A stretch of DNA of 64,000 nt. Source: Psammoneis japonica (Eukaryota). The position numbers and the translations under genes are program-made. Under the pieces are notes generated by a model, which saw only the letters and a program-made list of their open reading frames with translations, made no database searches and was not told where the DNA came from. The stretch lies in contig QPGO01000199.1 in the NCBI GenBank assembly GCA_008632985.1, forward strand, positions 1 through 64,000, in the 5' to 3' direction. This document shows, one piece after another, positions 39,741 to 49,332 of the stretch; within the stretch, counting starts at the first letter, position 1; each line of letters opens with the position of its first letter.

Positions 39741-40085
39741 CCTCAAGAAATACAGCACCTCAAGACACCATCACGGAACACGGTACATTATACCTCAAGT
39801 TCGTCTCATTTCTTGTCAAGTGGTGCATGACTGTCCTCTCTGTACTGCAGTAAGGTTGCGGTGTGCGCTGGATGAGTTGAGACAGCGCCTCAAGAAATAC
39901 AGCACCTCAAGACACCATCACGGAACACGGTACATTATACCTCAAGTTCGTCTCATTTCTTGTCAAGTGGTGCATGACTGTCCTCTCTTTACTGCAGTAA
40001 GGTTGCGGTGTGCGCTGGATGAGTTGAGACAGCGCCTCAAGAAATACAGCACCTCAAGACACCATCACGGAACATAGTACATTAT
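39741..40085. repeat. 147-bp tandem repeat, about 2.3 near-identical copies, inside the P element
   Basis: Unit starts CCTCAAGAAATACAGCACC at 39741, 39888 and 40035. Confidence 0.92.
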
Positions 40086-40250
40086 GTACGGTATCCATGC
40101 ACATGATCGGCATACTTTCTTATAGGCTTGAGTGCCTTTTCAAGTGGAAGTCTTTACTGTAAGTAACCCAAACCCCACCAAATGGATAGGGCAATCTGGA
40201 GCAGAGAGCGCTTTAGAGAAACCAACTGAGAGTGATCAAACAGAACGTGT

Positions 40251-43200
40251 TTAAAAGTTACTTGTGACCTCGACGCTTGACTTTTTGACTTGAGCTCTGA
40301 GATTCTGTTGGAATGCAACGTCTGACGAGCCTTTTGCATAATGCCCTGTGTTGTCCTCTTTGTACTTGTCTGTAACAGCCCCGAATCTTGCGTGAGCTGT
40401 CTTCGAAATAAGCTGCTTGTATACTTTGAGCTTGTCGTCCGTCGTAATTGAGTTGTCACTCTCGAAGCACTTGAGAAAAGCTTTCTCCAAATCCTTGTGC
40501 CCCATGATACTCTCATATGCTTCCTTGACACATTCTTTTCCCTTGCTTTTCATAGTTCCTTCGTTGCACCCCAATCGGATACAACCCAACAACCTCTTCC
40601 CGAAGTGGAATACTATCGGTGCCACCAAGGTAAGTCCGCCTCTGTTTCGAATCTTGTCAGAAGTAGCGTAGCAGTTAGCCATGTAGTTCTCATCTTTGAG
40701 TGCCTCGTGGTGCAAAATTCTCATCCGTTTCAGGAAATCGATTTTGGCTTGGGTCTTGTCGCTAACTTCCTCCGAGAGTTCGTCATTGTTCAGATGAATC
40801 GTCTTTTGCAGTACGTCTTTAATTGCCCAGCCAAAGATTCGATTGACTTCGGAATTCGCATCATCTACCGACACCTCAATGCCAGTAGACTTCCTCTTGC
40901 GTGTTGATGCACCCCCCGCCTTCTTGACAAGCTCATGATGAACTTTGTCCATAGCCGAAAGGACCCAACCAACAAACATCTCACCTATCGTCATCCCTAT
41001 CAAGCACCACGGCAGACGTTCTCGCATACCCTCAGGAGCCAGCTTGCTCGCCTCGTCAATAGTACCGCTCTGAAGACATCGCCAGATTTGAAGGTAGAAG
41101 CTGTTATAGACAGATGCACTTGTGATGATGGACATTTCAAGGTAAGAAAGTAGCTTGTCTGTAATCGTCTTGCACGCTCTATCAAACGACTCATGCTCGC
41201 TTGCATTCAATTGGAACAGCTTTTCGAAAAAGCCTTGAGATTGCGTGAACATGCTTGCCCATGCTATCTTGGAGAAGTCTCCAAATTCGAGCAGAGTCGG
41301 AGCGAAGTGCTTTGAGAGACATTGCTCACGGAGCTTTGACACCGCCAAAGAACCGGCGGTTCCAAGAAATTCCATGTCTGGATCGCTGGTGTCAGAGAAG
41401 CAGGAAATATCAACGTCTCCTTGCACCGACTGGGGAGATTTCAGCTTGGTAAGCCACTCATCCCTCTTCTTATCGCGACGTAAAAATACACGCTCCATCT
41501 GATTCGCGCCCTTCTCTTCTTCTGGGGTCTCTTCGACGTCATCCGCAGAGTAGCATTTGTTGTTCGCCAGGGCTTGTTTTCCTCTTGACTTGTCCATGCA
41601 CGACACAGCAGCTCTGTATCCAACGGCAGTATCGCGATTCTTGGACCGAACCAGGGAAAACCAAGCCTCTATTGAGCTCTGGTTGGAGTGAAGAAAAGGC
41701 ACATATGCCGGTCCATTCTCCATATTCAGGACATATCGTGCATACCCAAAGAATCCCACGACACCGACCCGCATATTGAGGTACGTTTCACTTGATAAGA
41801 ACTTCTTCTCCCACAATGGATCCTTCTGTGCTTTCAACTCAAGCTGTTTCTTCTTCCATTTTTCAAAGTAGTCAAGAGCCTCTCTCGTCTTCAACTCGCA
41901 CTCGTCAATGTTATCCTTGGTGAGGTTTCGCATTTTCTTCATGAACGTCTCGTTGTAAATACACGAAACGTTGACTGCATACTCAAGACAACACAGCGTC
42001 TGACGAATCGGCTCTGGGGCTTTGCTATCCAATTCAGACACCTTTTCCTTCAGTATCTTCAATCGATCCTGCATGAGTTGAACGTTCCCAATATCCTTGC
42101 CCGTATTTCCTTCTGTCATGAGGTCGCTCACACAGCCAAGTTCGGATCCAAGGTAAGTCATCTGCTCCGTGATTGTGTCATAGGTAAAGGGAGCCTTGGC
42201 GTCGGATACTCCCATCATGTTCCATTTGTTTGGATACGTGGAGGATTTGCGGAGGTCTGTCTGTTGGAGGGATCTTCGCATGTCTCGTTTGTAAGTATTT
42301 TCCACCTGTGGCCAGCCAAACTTGGTGCCGTCCATTTCAAATTGCCTTGGTGCGCTCACTGTTTCTTGTCCCCCCTTTTTCTTGCAGATGCCGTCGTCGT
42401 CGTGATTGGTACCATTGTCATTAGACCCTTCAACCTCGACCTCTCCGACACTCACGCCGGCCACTTTCTTGGCGACTGCGTCGCTCCCTGTTGCAGCGAT
42501 GATGACTTGCTCGGTGGCAGAATCAGCTTCTATCGGAGTGGCTTTGGCTGTCTCAGCGGTTGAATCATCATTCCCAGCTTCTTGTCCGCGTTTCTTCAAG
42601 GATCTTCGTCTGCCATTCGTTGCCTTGTCCATCAACTTCTTGCTAACTCTCTTCCTCTTGCTCTTTTTCGTTTTGGAAGCAGGACGCACCTTGGGAGGTC
42701 TACTCTTCTCGAGAGCATTCCTCACAGCCTTGAGGTTGTGAGTGCTGCAATGCCACAGCCATATCTTCCGTAGAGGGTCGACCGGATGAATAATCGATAC
42801 AAATTCATCGGTAAGCCACGCTTGGTCCGGCACCGCTCGTCCCTGCCTCAACAGCTTGTACATTCGTGCATTGTTTCCTCCTGCATCGCATACCAAACCA
42901 TGAATATGTATACCAACCATTTCATACAGGAGCACAACGTGCGTGAATTGGCGTACAAGATCGTCTCCAGACAGAGAATTAACGAAAAAGTACTCAGCAT
43001 TGTGAGTCTCGTTATAAAAGGATCGGAATCGCCATTGATTGACGCTAACAGCAGGCTCCTTGTCCTGAGCATCTTGAGGTGAGTACTCTTTGTCATCTTC
43101 AACCAACATATTCCTGAGCTCTTCTTTGACATTCAAACTTTTTGATTCGCTTGTAAACCCCGCCATATGGTGAGTCGTTGAACTCCAGGAGATCCCATGC

Positions 43201-45281
43201 TTCGTATGCAATTCATCACACATTACGTGGCCATCCAGACGCTTCCCTGGCTTCCTTGAATCGGTTTCATCGTTTTTCCATGCATACACTTCAGGGGCAT
43301 AGCCGTCACTGTACATCATGGCCGCTTTCGTCTTTTTCAGCTTGGACTCGGATGGCATAATCTGAAGGGACGTCTCTTGGAACTCTTTGTACGCAGTAGG
43401 AGAAGTGAGCCAGAGAGATAGAGCCATTCGGATAACACCCGCCGAATACTCAAGAGCCGTGTGTTTGCCGGCCATTTTCTTGCCGTGCTTTTCGATTTCG
43501 TCTGATATGAGGGCAGCGATTCTCTCACGTTCATCGTCATCCATTTTCGACCCACCTTGATCTTCCGTCTCAAGCTCGAGTAAGACTGAAACTATCTTTT
43601 TCCGAAATGCTGCCTTGTTTTCCTTGCAGGCAGCAAAAGCTTTCTCCAGGACGGACTTCATTTGCTCGTCGCTGTCCTGTACCTCGATCTTGTCGTTCAG
43701 CTTTTTTAATTTGGCTTCTAACCGCTTGAATCTGATTTGTTGCTTCTTCTTCTCTTTTTGTACATTGCGGAGACGTTCGTCTTTTTCTTCGGGGCTCAAG
43801 AAGCGAAGATTCGTTTTGGAGTTGCTAACGGTTTGCTGCTTACGGTTGCTTTCCTTTCGCTTGATTCGACGTGCTTCATTTCGTAAAATGTTCTTGCAAG
43901 AATGGCATTCGTTTGTTTCGGGACTGGGTTCTACCGCGAGGTAAAGGCCATTGCAGTCGGGTGATCGCTGCTCACTGCATTGATGGAGGAGCAATCCTTT
44001 CTCAAGCTCAATCGGGAAGCAATCGCTTTCGTGCAGGTCCAACAAACGAACGAGTTGGTTTACTTCCCGTGAGTTCAGAAAATTCGATACGTTCTTGTCG
44101 GACGAGTTCCAAGAGAATCCGAGTTTGAAAGATATTTGATCAATCGGCGGTAGCATCTCTTGTACGGAATGCTCTTCAATGAAGAGAAATGGGAACCTGT
44201 CCTTTCGAATATTTTGGTCGCAATAGAAGCACTTATCACACTGTCGAGTCGTGCTCTTTGGAGACGCCACACCTGTGCAGTCAATGCTTCGCCATGTTTT
44301 ACTCTTTCGATAGTAGTCAAAGAATTCAAGGCACTTTCCTCGAATATGAGGTGAGACCGTACATCTTTCAAGTCTTCTGTTTCGCATGCCGACGCAGCTC
44401 GAGTCGAGACTGTCGTGCGATCGTTGCTCACTCTCGCTTGGTGTGATCTGGACAGGATTGGGCTCTGGACTTTTGTTTTCTTTGTTGGTCTCCCCCATCG
44501 ACAGTTCCAAGAGCGGTTTTGTGGTTGTATCAAGTGACGTTCGTATTGATGGAGTTGCGCAGGTCGTCTCGATAGGATTTGGAGAAAGAAGAGTCGGGCC
44601 TTGTTCAAGTCGACGCGAGTCTGTTGAAGTTCCTTTCTCGGCATCCTGCATTTCGACAGTTGTGAGGGAAGTTGACGTTGATGGAATGTCTGTATTGCCG
44701 GCTGTGATAGAAGCATTCGACAAAAGCGCGCGTTCGATGGCAATTGTCCGTTCTGTGGACGACTCTTGCGGCTCTTGTGGCGTTTGTTCCGGCGAGGATA
44801 GACTGTCAATAAAAGCTGAAACGACTTCGTGTTTGCAGCAAGGGGCTTGTACGAAAAGTGTTTTGTTACTGTCAATGGCGTCGCGGCTGTTATTCATACC
44901 GAACGAGTTTGCTTCTTCGAAAGAAAGCGGCGAAACCCATTGTGGCTTGACGTTGCAGGAGTCACGGAACTCCCAGAATTCTCTCGGCCAGTGATGAGGG
45001 GCAATGCATAAAATTTTTGTGCTTCTCTCGGGCTTCAAGTAATGGACAATGCTTTCGACGAGACGCTTGCATCGTGTGTTTTGCGTCACGCGTATCCTTG
45101 CCAGCGGGCGACCCCAAAGTGGATCATTAGCGTGAATCAGCGCTTGTCGAAGCACATGACAATTTGGGGAACTACAGCAGCATACATCATGACTCATCGT
45201 TGCAACAATCAATCGGTCATTGGGTTGATTGTCATCGGCGGCAGATTTTCCTTTTGAATTTCCATTTCGTCTGTCTTCCAT
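40251..45281 (-). CDS. P-element/THAP9-like transposase, 1676 aa, uninterrupted
   Basis: N-terminal THAP-like C..C...LC...H; RNase H-like core motifs VMCDE, LVCDAGGNN, HNLKAVRN, NQSSIEAWFS..R matching P transposase D/D/HxxKxxRN/E motifs. Confidence 0.88.
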   Translation of the reverse strand: MEDRRNGNSKGKSAADDNQPNDRLIVATMSHDVCCCSSPNCHVLRQALIHANDPLWGRPLARIRVTQNTRCKRLVESIVHYLKPERSTKILCIAPHHWPREFWEFRDSCNVKPQWVSPLSFEEANSFGMNNSRDAIDSNKTLFVQAPCCKHEVVSAFIDSLSSPEQTPQEPQESSTERTIAIERALLSNASITAGNTDIPSTSTSLTTVEMQDAEKGTSTDSRRLEQGPTLLSPNPIETTCATPSIRTSLDTTTKPLLELSMGETNKENKSPEPNPVQITPSESEQRSHDSLDSSCVGMRNRRLERCTVSPHIRGKCLEFFDYYRKSKTWRSIDCTGVASPKSTTRQCDKCFYCDQNIRKDRFPFLFIEEHSVQEMLPPIDQISFKLGFSWNSSDKNVSNFLNSREVNQLVRLLDLHESDCFPIELEKGLLLHQCSEQRSPDCNGLYLAVEPSPETNECHSCKNILRNEARRIKRKESNRKQQTVSNSKTNLRFLSPEEKDERLRNVQKEKKKQQIRFKRLEAKLKKLNDKIEVQDSDEQMKSVLEKAFAACKENKAAFRKKIVSVLLELETEDQGGSKMDDDERERIAALISDEIEKHGKKMAGKHTALEYSAGVIRMALSLWLTSPTAYKEFQETSLQIMPSESKLKKTKAAMMYSDGYAPEVYAWKNDETDSRKPGKRLDGHVMCDELHTKHGISWSSTTHHMAGFTSESKSLNVKEELRNMLVEDDKEYSPQDAQDKEPAVSVNQWRFRSFYNETHNAEYFFVNSLSGDDLVRQFTHVVLLYEMVGIHIHGLVCDAGGNNARMYKLLRQGRAVPDQAWLTDEFVSIIHPVDPLRKIWLWHCSTHNLKAVRNALEKSRPPKVRPASKTKKSKRKRVSKKLMDKATNGRRRSLKKRGQEAGNDDSTAETAKATPIEADSATEQVIIAATGSDAVAKKVAGVSVGEVEVEGSNDNGTNHDDDGICKKKGGQETVSAPRQFEMDGTKFGWPQVENTYKRDMRRSLQQTDLRKSSTYPNKWNMMGVSDAKAPFTYDTITEQMTYLGSELGCVSDLMTEGNTGKDIGNVQLMQDRLKILKEKVSELDSKAPEPIRQTLCCLEYAVNVSCIYNETFMKKMRNLTKDNIDECELKTREALDYFEKWKKKQLELKAQKDPLWEKKFLSSETYLNMRVGVVGFFGYARYVLNMENGPAYVPFLHSNQSSIEAWFSLVRSKNRDTAVGYRAAVSCMDKSRGKQALANNKCYSADDVEETPEEEKGANQMERVFLRRDKKRDEWLTKLKSPQSVQGDVDISCFSDTSDPDMEFLGTAGSLAVSKLREQCLSKHFAPTLLEFGDFSKIAWASMFTQSQGFFEKLFQLNASEHESFDRACKTITDKLLSYLEMSIITSASVYNSFYLQIWRCLQSGTIDEASKLAPEGMRERLPWCLIGMTIGEMFVGWVLSAMDKVHHELVKKAGGASTRKRKSTGIEVSVDDANSEVNRIFGWAIKDVLQKTIHLNNDELSEEVSDKTQAKIDFLKRMRILHHEALKDENYMANCYATSDKIRNRGGLTLVAPIVFHFGKRLLGCIRLGCNEGTMKSKGKECVKEAYESIMGHKDLEKAFLKCFESDNSITTDDKLKVYKQLISKTAHARFGAVTDKYKEDNTGHYAKGSSDVAFQQNLRAQVKKSSVEVTSNF

Positions 45282-45365
45282 CCACCATCACATTTCGTGC
45301 CGTCTGTTATCCCCCCTCCATCACGTTTCGTGCCGTCTGTTTTCCCCCCTCCATCACGTTTCGTC
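45282..45365. repeat. ~33-bp tandem repeat just upstream of the transposase ATG
   Basis: CCATCACGTTTCGTGCCGTCTGTT(A/T)TCCCCCT-like unit, about 2.5 copies. Confidence 0.8.
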
Positions 45366-45374
45366 TTCGAGGTA

Positions 45375-45736
45375 TGGGGACATACCGAATGATTTTAGCC
45401 AGTGGCTAAAATCTTGTGTAGACACATACCAGGTTTGCACGATAGTATATTTTCTACACAGAAAATATTTACTATCCATTTTACTGAATCTATAAATGTC
45501 ATATCTGTAACGGTTTGCTGCTAACTATAACGTTCATTAATATAAAACCTGGAGCTTTTAAGCCTTTAAAAATAAATACAAAAACAAAAAACTCCAAAAA
45601 AGTATATGTATATAAAAGAAAACAATGGGGTGGCGTTAAAAGGCGTTATCATTAAATAAATCGCATACCAGGAGAAATGCGTAGAATTCTACAGGAGGTT
45701 TTTAGCCACTGGCTAAATTTATTCGGGATGTCCCCA
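45375..45736. mobile_element. MITE nested in the P element (possible TA TSD)
   Basis: TIRs TGGGGACATACCGAATGATTTTAGCCAGTGGCTAAAA / TTTTAGCCACTGGCTAAATTTATTCGGGATGTCCCCA flanked by TA; AT-rich interior. Confidence 0.75.
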
Positions 45737-46009
45737 TATATATGATATTTGTGAATGGTTATTTATAAATGATAAGTTCGTCCCGTCAGAAGCCCTACGT
45801 AGACTGCCGTAAAATGCAGTACAAATTTTAACGGTGTTCGTACCACGCATGGCAACAGGCTCGCACGTAGATTTGTGCCGGAGCTTGTACATCCTGATAG
45901 ACTTATAAATCCTTGACCGGACCCATCTACTTCTATCGGAGATCGGAGCGATGCACCATGATGAGCGACGGAAGTTCGTTGCCCCCGTCGCCCCGTTGCT
46001 GCTAAAACA

Positions 46010-47175
46010 ATGTCGTCTACGACGGGTGAGAAGATCTTGCATTGCGTGGTGGAGAATGAGCAGCTGCTGATGCTGGTGATGGTCACAGAGCAGCATCAAA
46101 ACGAGCACGAACCGCTGCCACTGCTCTCCGTCTATCTGCCCTGTGCGAGCACTGTCAGGGAGCTGAAAATGATCATTCAGGAGCAAGCTGGCACAGAAGC
46201 AAAGGACCAGCGTTTGTGTGTTGCTGGAAATGCGATCTTTCATGGTGCCACTGCGGAAGCGCGCCAAGATGTGTTCCAAGTGGGGTTGCGCAGGGTGCCG
46301 CTCGACACACGTCTCGAAGCCCTTTGCGACATGACTGGATGTCATGGAGACGTTCACGAGCGCGATGAAATCATGGCCAAAATGACCACTCCACGAGATG
46401 CGCAAAATTGTCCTGGAGGTCACCAATTGACGGCTCTCTTTGACGATGATGTGGAAAGCACAGAGGAAGTGCAAGAGGAGTGCAAGCGGCATGTCTGTGT
46501 CAAATGCCGCACACCCGGAAACCCCAATGTGAGAATCACGTTGGATGACGGTTTGGTGAGGTTTCTGCCTCTTGTTTGTCGGGAGTGCAACTTTTCTCTC
46601 TGTGGGTCTTGTCGCCGTGATGATGTCGGAAGAGGCGAGATCGACGATCCGCATGAGAGCCTCCAGGATTTGGCCACCGGCGTCGGTCGTAATGTGGCAG
46701 GTTGTGCTTGCTGGTTTGGAGGCCGTGGTCACACGAATGGCCACCAGGTCATTGGGTGCAGGTCAGAACATGCGAACAAGTGACTTCGAAGGGACGATGA
46801 ACATGGAAAATCAACAGAGATCAGCAGGTTCTTCAACGAGGCGTCCGTGTCCAAGTCCATTTTGATGAAGATGCGAGGAGCATTCTGACTGCCGCAGGAA
46901 AGGAGGACTCACCAATGAAGCTTGAAATTGACACCATTCTGGAAGATGGAGCAACCACGATGGATGTGGCTAAACTTCGGGGGATTCTACATGGGGAAGA
47001 CCTTTGGTCTGTTGTCACAAATGAATTGAAAGATAGGTTCCCGATGTGCACAGATCCGCATGCCTGTGAAACAATGAAAGTTGTGTCCTTTGAGGCCGGA
47101 GAAGTCGTTCTCGAGATCAGCTTCAAAGTTTCTGATGCCGCAGACTGCTGGAGGTGTCCAGTTTTACACGTGTGA
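46010..47175 (+). pseudogene. Ubiquitin-like domain + Cys-rich zinc-finger protein, frameshifted and increasingly TpA-mutated
   Basis: STVRELKMIIQEQAGTEAKDQRLCVAG (Ubl pattern); CPGGHQL...CVKC...CRECNFSLCGSC. Confidence 0.5.
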
Positions 47176-49056
47176 TGCACCAAAGAGAGCACATTCAGCA
47201 GTTGGCTGTCGACATGTTTGGGCCTAACTCACAAAGTACAGTGCGATGCAGTCACTACACAATGAGCTTGTCAACTTTCTACTCGTGCGGCGCTGATTGT
47301 CTGAAACTGGCGAAAACGCCGAATTTCATGCGGCTGATCGGAGGACAGACCAGAGGCAAATTTTGGACGGTTTTTCGGGACAGCAACCAGGACAAGCCAT
47401 GCAGCCAGAAGAAGAGGGATGGGAGGGGAAAACAGCATGTGAACAACAGGGGTCAGACAGGCAGTAAAACGAACAGGGGAGAGACACATTGTTGAAGCAC
47501 ACAGACAATCAAAATCTGGCTCTGCCTGCCTGGCAGACGACTTTTCAGATTGCTTGCTTCATGCGCGCACTCACAGGAGCATCTGGCCCATCTGGCGACC
47601 TCGAGCACGGCAACTTAGTGTGACTTGCATGTTGTCATCATCCAGGCCAGAACAAGACCCTTTGCTTCAAGGTGGGACTTGGCTGTTTTGTCAGCTTTTG
47701 AAGAGCGTGTGAAGCCAATTGCGAGAGGCAGGATTTGCTCACACCATGCAAAAACAATGGCATGAGATTTGAGCTGTCCAGTTTGCAAGGTGATTGATCT
47801 CAAGTCATCGCATGTGTGCTTTCTTGACTGCATGTGTGGATCAAGCAGATGGAGAGTGACAGCATCAGGCAGAGCTGTCAAACCTCTCTGTGAGGCTGTT
47901 GTTGAGGCTGCAGGTGCTGGAAAAAGCACCATGATGAGTGCATTGGTGGTGTGCTGCTGTTCAACGAGAGATGTTTCAACCAAATGGTGGTGTGTTCATG
48001 GGTGGGCCAACTGGGTCATCAGCTGCATTTGAGGCTTTGGGGAGACATTGCGCTGGGGCTGTTTTCCACACCTGTCTGCAACTCAAGCTCAGCCAAAATG
48101 CTGCCATTGTTTGGAACCACCTCTGCTTTGCTGTGACCTCCTGAAATGGAAGGACAATTGCAGGGGGGGTGGGTCGAGCAAAGTTTGGCTTTGCTGGCTT
48201 CCATGGGCTGTGCTTCCCACAATTTTTGGCAAACTGCATGTGATGGGAGTTGTTGTGGTGAGAACCCATGCAGGAATGAGATCCAAGCACTTGGGCAGAT
48301 GTTTTGGGTGTTGCGCGAATCACCAAACCATTTTGGCAGAACGCACATGCACGCAATGGAGGGACACACAGAGCTCAAGTCATTGCACAGAGTCAGCCAC
48401 ACTTGGCACCAAACAGATCCTGTGAGGACCCTTCACACAATGCACATCAAGAATTGTGTGGCAGCCAGACATGGCACAGATCAAATGTGTGGAACTCCTG
48501 CAGCCAACCACAGGCTCAGCATGCTGGAAGTCATGTTTTCATCACAACTGCACTTTTGCACAATCAGCTGTCAGCTGTGGACAGCTTCAGATGCACAAAG
48601 GTGGCAGGACACATGCTGCTGCAGGGATGCCTGTGGCAGCAGAGACAAAGCTTTCTTTCTGCAATGCGCCAATCTCCAGATGTTGGTTGGAGTTGACTTG
48701 TCAGAGTTGCTGCCTGTTTCTTGTGGTGTGTTTGGCACTCCTCTGGGTCCTTCTGCCAACACCAAGCATTTCTTGAGAGCAGAGTTGTTGAGCATGCAGG
48801 TGTTCCTTCAATGCAGGCCAGTGATGTCATGACCATTCTGTCAAAGAAGAAGCATCAGACTGAGGGGCAAAAGAAGAACATCAAAGGCTGCTTGATGACA
48901 AGAGGGTTGGCTCTTTGATGACAGCAAATGCTGAGACAAGCTGTTGGATGAGTTGCATCTTGTCAGAGGTGTGCACAGCAACAACAACAGGGAGCTTGTT
49001 TTGGGTGTGATGCGTTGTTTCTTTCTGTCAGCAGGAAACCCATCAATGAGTGCAAT

Positions 49057-49332
49057 TGACAGAAATTGAAGGCAAATGGCAAGAATTCAAACAACAACTC
49101 CTTGCTGCTGTCTAAACAGCAGATGAGTCTCCGCTCAGAGACCGTCACAGGAGCCAAAAGACGTGCAAGTCGGTGTGATCGGGCTGCTGTTGTCATTCTT
49201 GTGAGCCTTGTGGCTCAAAAGCAAAGTGCATCGCGCGTGAACGCGCGGAGCTGAAGCACACAAAACTGTGCGCGGCAAACTAAACAGCACGCGACACTTC
49301 GCGCGCACCCAAATCCTGTTCAAATCCTGTCA
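49057..49332 (-). repeat. 3' LTR of the Copia element
   Basis: Direct repeat of 55793-56068. Confidence 0.95.

Larger units (their letters stand above)
38388..45915 (-). mobile_element. Full-length P-superfamily DNA transposon (7528 bp)
   Basis: 34-bp TIRs starting CAAGG (38388-38421 / 45882-45915, one mismatch); perfect 8-bp TSD ACCGGACC; 16-bp subterminal IR (38434-38449 / 45842-45857); internal transposase. Confidence 0.93.

Noticed and set aside
39643..40077. 144-aa ORF with internal repeats
   Set aside because: Results from the 147-bp in-frame tandem repeat; no other coding evidence.
47580..47620. Helitron-like 3' end (GCACGGG...TTAGT)
   Set aside because: No clear hairpin or CTRR terminus and no Rep/helicase evidence.
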